Assembly (NCBI RefSeq): GCF_001194135.2
Contig: NC_068987.1
Span: 86,536,380 to 86,572,778, forward strand
Length of the DNA stretch: 36,399 nucleotides
Direction: 5' to 3'
Source: Octopus bimaculoides
Lineage: Eukaryota
Part shown: one piece after another, positions 20,830 through 32,394 of the stretch
Position numbering within the stretch: position 1 is the first letter of the stretch
Layout of the letters: every line of letters starts with the position of its first letter
Program-made: the position numbers and the translations under genes
Notes under the pieces: generated by a model
Told to the model about the DNA's origin: nothing
The model's input: only the letters and a program-made list of their open reading frames with translations
Database searches by the model: none

Positions 20830-22420
20830 GCCTATAAATCGAAAATGAATTTTGTAAAAGAATTCTCGTAGAGCATGATTACATTCGTGTATGAGAAACA
20901 AAATCTCAAAGGTCTTCAATATTCCGATGTTTTTAATATTTATGGAACCGCTTACAGCAAAATATTTGTAATCGTGTGATTAGTATCATATGGTTTGAAG
21001 AAGTGTGTATTTTACTCAATGAACTATGCGTGATGCGCTGCTGTAAATTACAGTTTATTCGATATAGAGAAAACGAGAAAAATAAACTTGAGAAACAGAA
21101 CAGTACCGATTCAAAAATGAAAGAGAGTGCTTTTATTATGTTTCCTGCCAATGAAAACAACGCTGAGTCACAACTATAGGAACTATAGAATCAAGTTTAA
21201 GCAAGTTTATCCTAGATTTTACTGGGCACGATTTTCGTACCAGAAGGGACATGTTCCAATAAAAAAAAAGGTCGAACGTTGTAGCAAGCAGCTAAAAAAA
21301 TAAAATGTATTACACATGATAATTAATGGTTGCATCTCATGGACGTTGACACACATATATATAAATATATTCACATGCTTGATCGCTACATCCACAAGTT
21401 TTTTTTTAATTCTCTCCAACAAATTCAGCAGTTCTTTTCTTATCTGAACGACCAGAATGAGTGTTCCGAACTGCCGTACCTTAATAATCACCTTTCGTCT
21501 CCAAGTTTCTGGCAGAGTGAATTGCGTCATAGTGAGGTTTTCTCACAGATGGTGCCCAGCGGACCCTACTATACTCTGTAGTCGACAAAATCAAAAATAA
21601 ACATTTCGCATGCGCATGTTGCTTCCAAATAATTATGCTAAATGAATTAATGTTGTGATTTATCAAGCTATGGATTTCGCTCGTGGTTTACAGACCGTTT
21701 GTATTGATACAATAATTCTGTAGGTACTGTTGAGAAATATGGTATGTTTATCGTAATGAATTTCAAAGAGGCAAATGCTTTCCTCTGACAATACTCTGAA
21801 CTACGTTGTGCAGTTACAAGTAAATCAATATTCCAATTACTGAAATTCTTAAACGGAGAAGCCTTAAGAGACTTGAAGGAAGCGTGTGATATCGCCACAT
21901 GGGTTGGTCATTTTAAAACCTTATCAACTCTTCAATTGACAAAGGCATTTATGACAGAAATTTTCAAGAGGTATCGCGACCATTTTTATCTCCAGAGCAA
22001 AGATACACTAAGAGACAAAGTGAACGTGTTGCAAGATCAGTTTCAGATTATCGTTTTCAATACTTACTGTAAAACAAGCATTTCTCTTCGCATTCTAATG
22101 TTTTACTTTCTTTGAAGATTATTTTAAAGTGCTTCAATTGGTTGGATTCGTATTGATTTTCCCTCTTTTAAAATCTATTTAGATAGCACCCGTATCAGAC
22201 ACTGTATGCCGTATGAATTCGAAAAGTAACTTTTCAACAATTGACGACCCAAGGAAAATTCGTTCTTTCTCTGGAAATGAAGCTTTAAGAGTTTGGATAA
22301 CGAAACATAGGCAACACTTCGGGAAATTTTGCCTCTCCCAGGTTTTTCTTAATGTCGACGACCAAATTCTGTCAGTACTGAATTTCTCAAAACTGTAGTC
22401 ATGGTAAAATCCCAAGCAAA
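20830..22420 (+). mobile_element. Highly decayed hAT (Charlie/SPIN/GTF2IRD2-like) transposase remnant
   Basis: Collinear motif relics TDGA (21545-21556), ARGL (21679-21690), RGKC (~21767), DL..ACDI, LQDQF and FPSL. Many stops and frameshifts; no TIRs identified and boundaries are approximate. Confidence 0.5.
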
Positions 22421-22699
22421 CAGCACGGGAATTAGCAAAATAGTACAACTAAAATCACACTTCGCAAATGAAATACATTAATGATAATAGAAACGTGTCT
22501 AAATTTGGTCAGTATGCCCTTCACCATCAGACCATTTTTCAGCTTAATTAAAGTGTTGTTCTTTACTTGTCGTTGAAGTTTAGACTTACTTCTGAGCCAT
22601 TGCTGTACAGAAATATCAAATGTGATGAAATGTATTTTATCTATAGTCATAGCCAACGAAATCGACAACGAAAACGGAGAATCCGAAAACCTACTCTCA

Positions 22700-22950
22700 G
22701 TTTGGTTGGATATGAAAGGTATCATCTATCATAAATAGTTAAAGAAAAATGAAACAATTATGTAGAAGTATTGTAGCGAATTGGAAGTGTTGCTGAAGAA
22801 TTGCAGAAAAATGCCCATCATTGCTAAGTGGTTGGTGGCTGTACCTCTTATACCATAATAAAGAAACTGCATATTGCTCCGTTCAGAAAAAGTGTGTGAC
22901 ACTAAAAAATGGAAGTCATGTCTCATCTTGTTTCTTCCTCTTGATTTAGA
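22700..22950 (+). mobile_element. Mariner transposase fragment, decayed
   Basis: VWLDMKGIIY (cf. VWWDxKGII), LLYHN (cf. LLHDN), EVMSH followed by a degraded HPPYSPDL-like segment. Confidence 0.6.
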
Positions 22951-22965
22951 GGAAACATAGTTTAT

Positions 22966-23156
22966 ACAGTTCTGTATTTAAGAGATGAGGAATTATGCAC
23001 ATTATTTACATTTGACGTATATTTGTTCTCATCTTGTTTCTTTTTAACAGAACGTTTCGGCTGATGAAGGCTGCAAGGTATATCAGCCGAAACGCTGTGT
23101 TAGCAACAAAACAAGACGAGAACAAATATCGATCAAATTTAAATAATGTAAATAAC
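22966..23156. mobile_element. Fold-back (inverted) H1 insertion with hammerhead core at the centre and a 14-bp TSD
   Basis: Left arm is the reverse complement of the H1 3' end; right arm is the forward H1 from CTGATGA. GAAACATAGTTTAT is directly repeated at 22952-22965 and 23157-23170. Confidence 0.9.
23061..23101 (+). ncRNA. Hammerhead core (family H1) with intact stem II but GCU triplet and lost stem I 5' strand
   Basis: CUGAUGA A GGCUG caagguauau CAGCC GAAAC GCU GUGUU. Confidence 0.6.
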
Positions 23157-23186
23157 GAAACATAGTTTATTATCATAGAGATGTTA

Positions 23187-23405
23187 AAGGCGGGGAGCTA
23201 GCAGAATCTTTAACACCGTGGAGAAAATGCTTAGCGGTATTTCGTGCATCTTCATATTTTGAGTTCAAATTCCTCCGAGATCGACTTTGTCTTTCATCCT
23301 TTCGGGGCCGACAAAATAAGTCCGAGTTGCACATTGGGGTTGATGTAACCAACTTATCCATCCCGAAACCTGCTGGCCTTGTGCCAAAAGTTTGAACGCA
23401 TTATT
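23187..23405 (+). mobile_element. SINE family A
   Basis: ggcggggagctagcagaatc...aaatgcttagcggtatttcg...gagttcaaattcctccgagatcgactttgtctttcatcctttcgggg...gctggccttgtgccaaaa. Confidence 0.88.
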
Positions 23406-23409
23406 ACTA

Positions 23410-23640
23410 AGTGGTTAACGGCAGCCATTTTCACACCGGACAAAATGGTAAGCGGCATTTCTTTCAAATCTTTAGGTTGTGAGTTCAAACTTCACCGAGG
23501 TCGAGGTCACCTGTTATCCTTTCGTGGAAGATAAAATTGTTACTAGTTGAGCAATTTAGTCGGTGTAGTCAATACCCATCCCCACCCCCAACCCACCCCC
23601 AAAATCCAAGCCTTGATCCTATACTAGAAAGAATTATTAT
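23410..23640 (+). mobile_element. SINE family A, degenerate, tandem to the previous copy
   Basis: gagttcaaacttcaccgaggtcga...atcctttcgtggaagataaaa...ccaagccttgatcctatactagaaagaattatt. Confidence 0.7.
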
Positions 23641-23835
23641 GAAATGGTTAAAAAATATATTGAGAGATTCTTTGCTTCAAAATATGGTAGATTTTTACAC
23701 CAAAGAGATAGTATCAAAATGTTAATAATGAGGAGAAATGTTATCAATTAATTTATCAGTCAAGACAACAGAAGCATTTCCTTCCCGTTTCGAAAAGCAG
23801 CCCTACTTTCTCTCTAAAATAATATCAACAACATA

Positions 23836-24286
23836 GGTGCAGGAGTAGCTATGTGGTAAGTAGACCATGAAAAAAAAATTGTAAGAGGCAAATGCCTCAT
23901 TTCAAAGACATGATATAAATTGAAATCGTGAAGTAAGTGGTTTATAGCTTCAATTTGTAAATTTATGTATAAATTTATGAAAGAAGAATGTTTTAGAGAA
24001 GCAAAGTTCGGCGAGCGGCTTCTGCCTTCTCCCATTAATATCATCGTGTTTGTCATTCATCTCATCTCATTAATGTGTTTGTCCAGCCCGCAGCTAATCT
24101 GTATACTGCTTTTATGGCAAATAAAATTAAATAAAGTAGCCTGCTTACCAGCCACATGGTACCGGGTTCAGTCCCACTGCATGACACCTTGGTCAATTGT
24201 TTTCTTCCATAGCCTCGGGCCGACCAATGCCATGTAAATGGATTTGGCAGAGGGAAAATGAAAGAAGCCCATCGTGTATGTGTGTG

Positions 24287-24324
<38 letters not shown>

Positions 24325-24520
24325 CGTGTTTGTCCTCCCACCATCGCTTGACAACCGATGCTGGTGTGTTCACGTCCCCGTAATATAGCGGTTCGGCAAG
24401 ACAGACCGATAGAATAAGTACTAGTCTTACAAAGAATAAGTCCTGGGTCGATCTGTTCGACTAAAGGCGGTGCTCCTGCATGGCCACACTCAAATGACAG
24501 AAATAAATACAAGAACAAAA
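23836..24520 (+). mobile_element. SINE family B split by a 270-bp insertion
   Basis: Head ggtgcaggagtagctatgtggtaagtag stops at 23863 and resumes at 24140 (cctgcttaccagccacatggtaccgggttcagtccc...), collinear with the 11.2-11.6 kb copy through to the tail. Confidence 0.9.
23864..24133. other. Unclassified 270-bp insertion with 6-bp TSD (AAGTAG)
   Basis: AAGTAG at 23858-23863 and 24134-24139; no TIRs; A-rich right end (aaataaaattaaata). Confidence 0.75.
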
Positions 24521-24809
24521 TATTAAAAGAATAATATTTGATAAGCGGTACGAGGGACTTTACTCTGTCTACAATTAAATTTGAATATTTCTGTTTATCT
24601 GTAATTTCATTTAATGCTTCAATGTAGAAAAGGCTGCAAGTGTGTTGAATATAGCATTGAAGATTGCATTAAAATCCATCGTCTACAGTGGTTCTGGCGA
24701 ATGTTAAATATTATAATCAAAATTTAATTTGTTGTTTTTGGTTAGTTTTCTGTTAAAGGGAAACTGTGTCTGGAGATACAGAAAGCAATTTTTATTCGCT
24801 AAGCGTATT

Positions 24810-25114
24810 GCATACGCGCACACTTACAAAGACACACACAGACGAGGGCACACACAGACCTGGACACACTCTCACACACATACACATATAAATACCTACA
24901 CACAAACACACACACACATATAGGAAGGCACACGCACAGAAAGGCAAATGCAACAATGTGCCCACGCGGACACATATTCAAACACACCAATACAGTGTCT
25001 TGTAAAGTGAAAGAAGCTCCGGCTGAGTTAGATGCTTACGACATCAAAAATTACTCATCATACACTTGTACATACACACATACATTTGTATTATAAATAT
25101 ACACAAACACACAC

Positions 25115-25159
<45 letters not shown>

Positions 25160-25372
25160 GTATATAATGTATATATATATTGTATATACATATATATACA
25201 TAGATNNNNNNNNNNNNNNNNNNNNNNNNNNNNNNNNNNNNNNNNNNNNNNNNNNNNNNNNNNNNNNNNNNNNNNNNNNNNNNNNNNNNNNNNNNNNNNN
25301 NNNNNNNNNNNNNNNNNNNNNNNNNNNNNNNNNNNTATATATACATATATATATATACACACACACACACAC

Positions 25373-25422
<50 letters not shown>

Positions 25423-25460
25423 ATATGTGTGCATGTATGTATATAAACAAACACACACGC
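24810..25460. repeat. (CA)n/(TA)n/(TG)n microsatellite cluster with gap
   Basis: Direct reading. Confidence 0.9.
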
Positions 25461-26137
25461 TAATTCATGGACACAAGGACATCGATTGATAACTACAAAA
25501 CCTACTTTTATTAATCCTAACATTTTAAAAACCCAATAATTCCAACGCCTCATTAGCTATGTTTTATATACATTTTATCTCGTCTATCGACTTTAGGTGT
25601 AGTTTACGTCTTTTAATTAATTTATCTGAGAACTTCTATCTTTTCTGCGAAAAGTTTACAAGTACACACGGAACGTAAATACTTTTACTAGACAATCGCG
25701 TTCCTGTGTATATTTGAGGAAATACCCCAAACCATTCAATAGTTTCTGCCATTTTGTATTTTATGTAGTTTAGTGACGCTTTTAATAACCAATTCATCAA
25801 TCTCGATTTATCCGGTTTATAAATTTATCATATCGCATAGAAGCGGAAATTGGATAGAATGGAAATTGCATAGAATTGGATAGAATGGAATGTAATGGAA
25901 ATAAATTTGTTCAATGCGCAGTCTTACGAGCTATGATGGTCATTAGCATATCCGAACACACATACTCACATACACAGGCACGCATAGACACAGAGGTACA
26001 CAGACACAGACACACACATATTTAAACGCACATACACACACACCTCTCGCATCTGCCTCTCACTCACTCTCTCTCTCTCACCGTATGCGTGTGTGTGTGT
26101 ATGTGTGTCTGCGTCCATATACACCGAGAACTACAGT

Positions 26138-26210
<73 letters not shown>
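26138..26210. repeat. (GATA)n abutting the Tx1 3' end
   Basis: Perfect array directly after AATAAAGAA on the minus strand. Confidence 0.97.
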
Positions 26211-27417
26211 TTCTTTATTGGCCACACAGGGCTTAACACAGAGGAGACAAATACAAAGTACAACTTTTCTTTTTTGGAAGGAAAGGAAAAAAGGCGGGGT
26301 AGAACTTCGATCAAAAGGGATCGTAGTGATATAAAAAAAACATCAGTAGGGATCGTGTATCGCAGAAGTGTCATAGTGTAAAATGGGAAACAAATTAGGT
26401 TTATCCGTGGAAAGAAAAGCCTACGGAAACGACCACGGTAATCTCGGGCAATAACGTCATGCAAAAAACACATTACAGTAAGTGATTCTTTCTTTTTCTG
26501 GTTCATAGGATTATGCTCAAGGTGGCTCCGTCATTCACCCGTGCCATCCGTGCTACATTCACCCATCTTTTTTGAAACAATCACTAGACAAAACTTCCTG
26601 CTCTACTCTCACCTTCCTCTTCAAGTAATATTCGACAAAGTTGATGAGAGATTCACCAGAGAGGAGAGTGTTTGTCCCTAGACCTTTCAGACGCGTCCAC
26701 CATACACATTCTTTCGCCATAGCCACAAGTACGATGAAAAAGGCTCTTCCTTCCCGTTTCAAGGAAGGAGGCGCGACAATATTCACGATAGACTCGGTTG
26801 ATAAACTCACTCGTCCCACATGCTATAGCAGTCGTTCGACATAGGCCCACAGGTCGGAAATGGTTGGACGTTGTTTCGTCGCTCTGACTGGATCTCAGGC
26901 AGGTCGGCCCGGTGTTTCTCAAGTCATGCCTGTAGAGCTTATCCCGAACGGGTAGCGCTTCCCGATAGCATTGCCGGGCCAGGGATCTCTGGAAGTTGTC
27001 CATAGGTCCCGGCCCGAAAATCGTCTTGAACAGGCGGATCAGGTATTCCCCGTCGACGCCCAGGTTCGCCCCGAGACCGTCGTCGTACCTCCCCTCCACT
27101 AATCCCATATAGAATACTTTGGGCGTGTTGAAGTCGTTCAAGGTCGACCCGGGACGGCATTGTTGCTCGAGAGCAACACGACACTCGCGGTGCCATTCGC
27201 CCTTCCTTGGCTTCTTTTTGATCCACGACTGCAGTTCGGACATGGAGACGAGCTGTGGGAAAGCGCGCCTCACAAACGGTTACCACACCTGTTTACCGCC
27301 CCTTCGCAGAGCCGGATATGTCGCAGTCTCAGCGCGTGTCTGCGCTTCATAAACCACGGCATGCCGAGCCCTCCTTTTAACGGGTGTTGGCAGCAAACGG
27401 ATCGCCTGACCATCGGA
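26210..27417 (-). mobile_element. 5'-truncated L1/Tx1-clade LINE: ORF2 C-terminus (zf-RVT-like region) plus 3' UTR
   Basis: VRRSVCCQHPLKGGLGMPW, FQRSLARQCYREALPVRDKLYRH..TCLR...ET, AMAKECVWWTRLKG, RWVN-like end with TGA at 26505-26503, ~280-nt UTR, AATAAA at 26219-26214. Several frameshifts; GC-rich relative to the flanks. Confidence 0.85.
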
Positions 27418-27420
27418 ATG

Positions 27421-28607
27421 ATAAGCTTTATTTCATTTCAGACCGAGGAAAGCAGCTGTCAGAACATTTGGAACACACACTATCAGACACCGCTTGTTAC
27501 AACTGATTAGTCTGCAGAATTTTGTCGCGACGCCAAGAGAATTTGGAATCTCGCTGCGCAATAAACTTTAGCGTCAAACTGAGCAAAAACGCTAATTATA
27601 GATTCGCTTGTACGAGGAGAACATGAGGCTTTTTCTTTTTCTATCACGAGAGGTTCGCAATCGGTAGAGAAAAATTGAGAGACGATGAGAAGTGCGGGAG
27701 GGTAATGGACGTCAGAACATCAGAACTGTTTGAGAAAATTGGCAATTCTGTGTATGTAACAGTCGGATGTCTGTAAAGACAATAAGGCTAGAGTTTTGTT
27801 TTGGGATTGGAACTGAATATAGAATTATCCGTGAAAAGGAAAACATGCGCAATACTTGTGGCAAGTTCGTTCCCAGGGTGCTTTGTGAGGAACAGAAGGA
27901 AAGACGCATTAGTGATAACAGTTTGATGGTTGGGCTCGTTACCTCTAATCCTGGAGCACTTATATAAGTGGTGACTTGTGACGATGATTCGGCCTATTGT
28001 CATGAACTATAGATCAAAAGACAGACTGCTCAATGGAAACATCATTATGCTCTAGACCCAAGTATATCAGACAAAGCAAGTCTACCGGGAGGTCATGAAG
28101 ACTCTGAGTTGCGACAACACAGGAATGATATTCATGCATTGGGTTTCCTCTGGCCAGATGGTCAACAAATTGTTCTTACAGATAGTGAGGGCATTTCATT
28201 GGAAAATGCTAGTGCTCTTCCAATAAGGTCTGGGGGCACCTGAGCCAAGTCAATGCAATAGTCCACTACTCCATCTTGGTAACAAACTACTTAACAGAGA
28301 TGGAGATCAACACCGTCCCTCGCCCTCCTTACTGTTCTGTTACCTTTACCTTTCGTTTCTCAAAACTCAAGAACTTCACGAACAGTCGTTTTGAGGACAT
28401 TGAAAATATGAAAGCGGCTTTGACGCAGCTCACGGACACCTTCATTCTGGGAGGCCTCCGTTCAGCCTTGACTAACTGGCTGGAGCGCTACAGCAAATGC
28501 AATGAAGTCAGGGCATACTATGTTTTAAGGATATTCAAGTTCTGTATTTCTTTGAAATTAATAAATGCCTTTCTTGAAAAACCTGAAAACTTCTGGACTG
28601 CACCTTG
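27421..28607 (+). mobile_element. Near full-length decayed mariner transposon lacking a visible 5' TIR
   Basis: RMSVKTI...GKFVPRVLCEEQKERR (WVPREL-like), VVTCDD, VPRPPY (HPPY), RFEDIENMK, WLERYSKC. Probable 3' TIR ...ttctggactgcaccttg followed by TA (28608-28609). Confidence 0.88.
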
Positions 28608-29559
28608 TACGCTAATTCTATTCACCTTTATTACTGGAACATTATTATTACTCTTGTTTATATGTACGTCTATCACTCTAATTGTATTTAAGTGTGAATT
28701 GATTTTCACCTCCTACTTGATTTCAACTTACCACAAACCAATACCAGTTGAATCTCAAAATGCCTTATATCCTTTTCTCCCTTTTCTTTGACCTTATTAC
28801 ACTTGTTTACAGTTTAATTCGTTTACGAATCAACTCTCTCACCCAATAATTTATTGAAAGTTCATTTTATATATGATTATATCTCGAATTCATTTTCCGA
28901 CTCGTTCTTCATTATTCTTTTTAATTGTTTTCGTATCTTTGTTTTACATATAATTGTGACTTTAATTTTATCCAATTCCAAACGTTGATTATTATGATTA
29001 ACAATTATTATTCAACTAATTCTAAGACGCAACCACCTTACAATTTCAATTATATTTAGAGAATTGTATTTTTTTAAATATAAATTAGATTAATTTTACT
29101 TTCTTAACCAACGCATCATTCTGATCTTTTAAAAAAATTACTCTGGTAGACATGTTTGTATAGGTGTCAATATTTTTAATACATAAATTATTTACACCAA
29201 AGCCCGTTTCTGTGTAGCTTATGCCGTCGCTCTCTTCTCTAGCTATATTTGTTTTATTGTTTTGTTGTCTCCTAATACGTACTGTTACTTTATTTCTCAA
29301 TAAATCTATAAAATACTCAATTCTTTTGAAAATTTATTGTGGAAAACAAATGCACAGAATCAAACCATTGAGCAATTCTCTCGGTAATCATATCATTCAG
29401 TAAATATATAGACAGAATATATTATTAAGAACTTAGATTAGAGTAAAATTTGATTGCGTCTGCATTCTAGATAAAGTTTCAAATCTGATTTCCTGAATCA
29501 GTTTGTGAGAATTGAAGATGAATGAGGATATTGTTAAATTTGTAGCCCATGTTTCATCC

Positions 29560-29920
29560 CTTGTCACAAGATCGTAAAAAATACATCTTCGTTATCTAGT
29601 CACACTTCCACGAGAACGGAACAGACTTCCGTCTCTCTTTTTTTTTTAATTGTGCATCAATTGCTGAGGTTACCTTCTTTCCATACACTTTCCGACATCC
29701 ATCATCTGATGAAAGCAATTGAAACCACAGTCCGGTTGCGCAGCCAGATAATATGTTTTTGTCTCGTCTCTCCGCGGGCATTAATTTATCCTCTTACTGT
29801 GGATTCTTGTAAGTGGTCGCAATTGATGGCCTGCCACTGCTAAGTTTGTCATCAAAACATTTTTCACCTTCTTAAAACTTCTTTAACCATCCGTGCACAT
29901 TAACTAATGTGTCATTTCTG
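29560..29920 (-). mobile_element. Mariner N-terminal (HTH) remnant, very decayed
   Basis: Minus strand WLKKF*EGEKCFDDKLSSGRPS (cf. W..RFK.G...VED..RSGRP). Confidence 0.5.
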
Positions 29921-30592
29921 TTGAAAATGACTAGAATTTTGATAATGCGGAACAACCTGCACGCCTCCTCGTCAATTATTCAATGCTGGTAGGTTGCTCC
30001 TGCTTAGCACTCATTATTTACCTGCAATGACGAGAAGAAGAAATGGTTATTCAATGGGGATACAAATTCTACCATCATGTGCAATTTGAACGACCTATAC
30101 CTGGTACTAAATTCTTTTGCTCTCATTTACTCTCAAGTTTTATATGTGTATGTGCTCGAATGTATTCATCGAAAAATACAGAACATGCCTAAATATGAAC
30201 GCATAACCAACTTTAGTCTCAGTATATATTTTTATTCATGATCACATACCCATCACTCTACATATATTATCTTACTACTTCAGCTTATGAATTTTGGTAC
30301 GTTTATTTATCCTTCCACAAATATGAGCAATTACTTCCCCTGTCCTGTGTAATAACTATCACCAATTACCTCCCCTTACATTTTTCTATTTGCTGATTCA
30401 TTCACAAACCTTCATACGAGAACATAGACTAAAATCTTCTTCAGAAAATACGAAATTACAATAATTTCAATGTCATGACTAGCGAATGCGAAACCGATCG
30501 AAAACCACAATACACTTTTGTTTAAAATATATAAAAACTATGTAAACTGCGTCCATTTTCCTTCTTTTATTTTATATATATANNNNNNNNNN

Positions 30593-30642
<50 letters not shown>

Positions 30643-30770
30643 TCTTTTGCATTACAATTCACCACCTGGGGATAATCGAAATTCTCTTCCTCCCTTTCTT
30701 TAATATGTGTGTGCGCGCGTATGAGTGAGTGTGTGTGTGTGTGCGTGCGTGTGTGAGTGTGTGTGTCACA
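30593..30770. repeat. (TG)n tracts
   Basis: Direct reading. Confidence 0.85.
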
Positions 30771-32394
30771 CATACGTACGTGCAAGAAAGAAACAGAAAA
30801 GACAGAATGGAAGAAAGAACGAAGGAAACTTGCAAATTTTACTCACAACGTGTTAGTCAAACGAAATCTATTGCAGGTGGTATGCAGTAGAACCGAAACT
30901 GCAACTCAATTACTGCGAGGCAAACGTCTTCACTACGATTCTCCCTTGTGCCCTGTACTCTAGCATGAAGGACAAAATAAATTCTTTTAGATAGATTACA
31001 TAGGAAATAGAATCACTCAAGTTGCAGATAACGGAATTGCACAATGTGCCAATCGATAGTTAACGTGACACAACGGAATGAACCTGAGAAACTAGTTTAG
31101 AGACGAAGCACAAAACCCTGGACGAGAATTTCACAGCTTAAATATATATGGCGCCTGTATATTCCTTATCGAAACGTTCGACACTTGTTCTAAGTTCCAA
31201 TTTCCAAACTAAGTACATGCATACGAACAGTTATTCACACCACAAGTAATCACACACATATGGACATAGAGATAACGCTTATAAAATGGAACTGGCAGAT
31301 ACACAAACTCACTCACTTATATATATTAATATTTGGTTCACATTTACTTTTTATTGTATATCCGTGCGTTATGCAAAACAAATTAAGAAAGAAATACGTT
31401 ACAAAAAAAATAATAATTCTATGTTTATATGATACTCTGTTTACCTAATATTTTGTTGCCATCCTTATCTATAAAATATACTCATATATTTAAAAATATT
31501 CATATGTAAAAAAAAATCTCATAAATAATTCGTTGTTTTTCTTTTCTCCTTCCCCCCCCCACCCTCATTTTGCAGTTAATGAAGAAAATGCCTATGACTG
31601 GCATACGGTATTTAGTTTCCAAATCATTTTAGATTTATTATATATTTTATCTCGTCTTTCTATATCGTATACAGCATTTCTATATTGTTTATCCGTGTTT
31701 GTAGGCGCCAATAGCCAACTGAAACCGAACTGGAAAACCAGAATATATTTCAATAGCGTTTACTAAAAAAAAACAGCATCATAAAAAATAAACCTTGCCA
31801 GAAATAGTTAATGTTTTAGTTGTGAAAGAGGTAGGAAAAAAATATGATTTTAACGCTACAGTCATGGAAAACACATGGTTTTGACACTACATTCAAGGAA
31901 AACACATGTATGTAGAAAGTAGTACAATTACACCCACAGATGTAACGAGACGGAGAGGTAGATATATTGGTCGATACGTTTGGGTGTGCTTAGACTGCCT
32001 GCGTATGTATTTCATATATATGTGTGCGTGTGTAAACGGAACAATACGGCTTTGAGCATGCGTAAAAATGCAAATTTATCTATCCATTTCTCTATATTTA
32101 TCCATCACTCTCTCTTTCTCTCTTTCTGTCTGTGTATTTCTGTATCCCTCTCTCACTCTCTTTGTATATATATATATATGTATATATACAAAGAGAGCGA
32201 GATGTATATAAATATACATATATACTTATTACCCCTTGAATATTTTGTAAGACTCTCACCCACGTTCCCCCTTTGTACCCCTTTTTCCTTCCTCTTCTTT
32301 CCCTCTCTGTCTCTTTCTCCCTCTCGTTCTCGATTTTCTTCCTTAGTCCTTCTTCCTCTATCTCTCTTTTCACTCCCCCTCTCTCTCGCCATCG

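Noticed and set aside
25845-25902. GGAAT/AGAAT pentamer-like run
   Set aside because: Too short and degenerate to call a satellite.
29706-29732. CTGATGA-aagcaatt-GAAAC-caca-GTC hammerhead-like core
   Set aside because: Stem II has only 2 bp and no stem I pairing is possible; it lies inside a mariner remnant and is probably chance.
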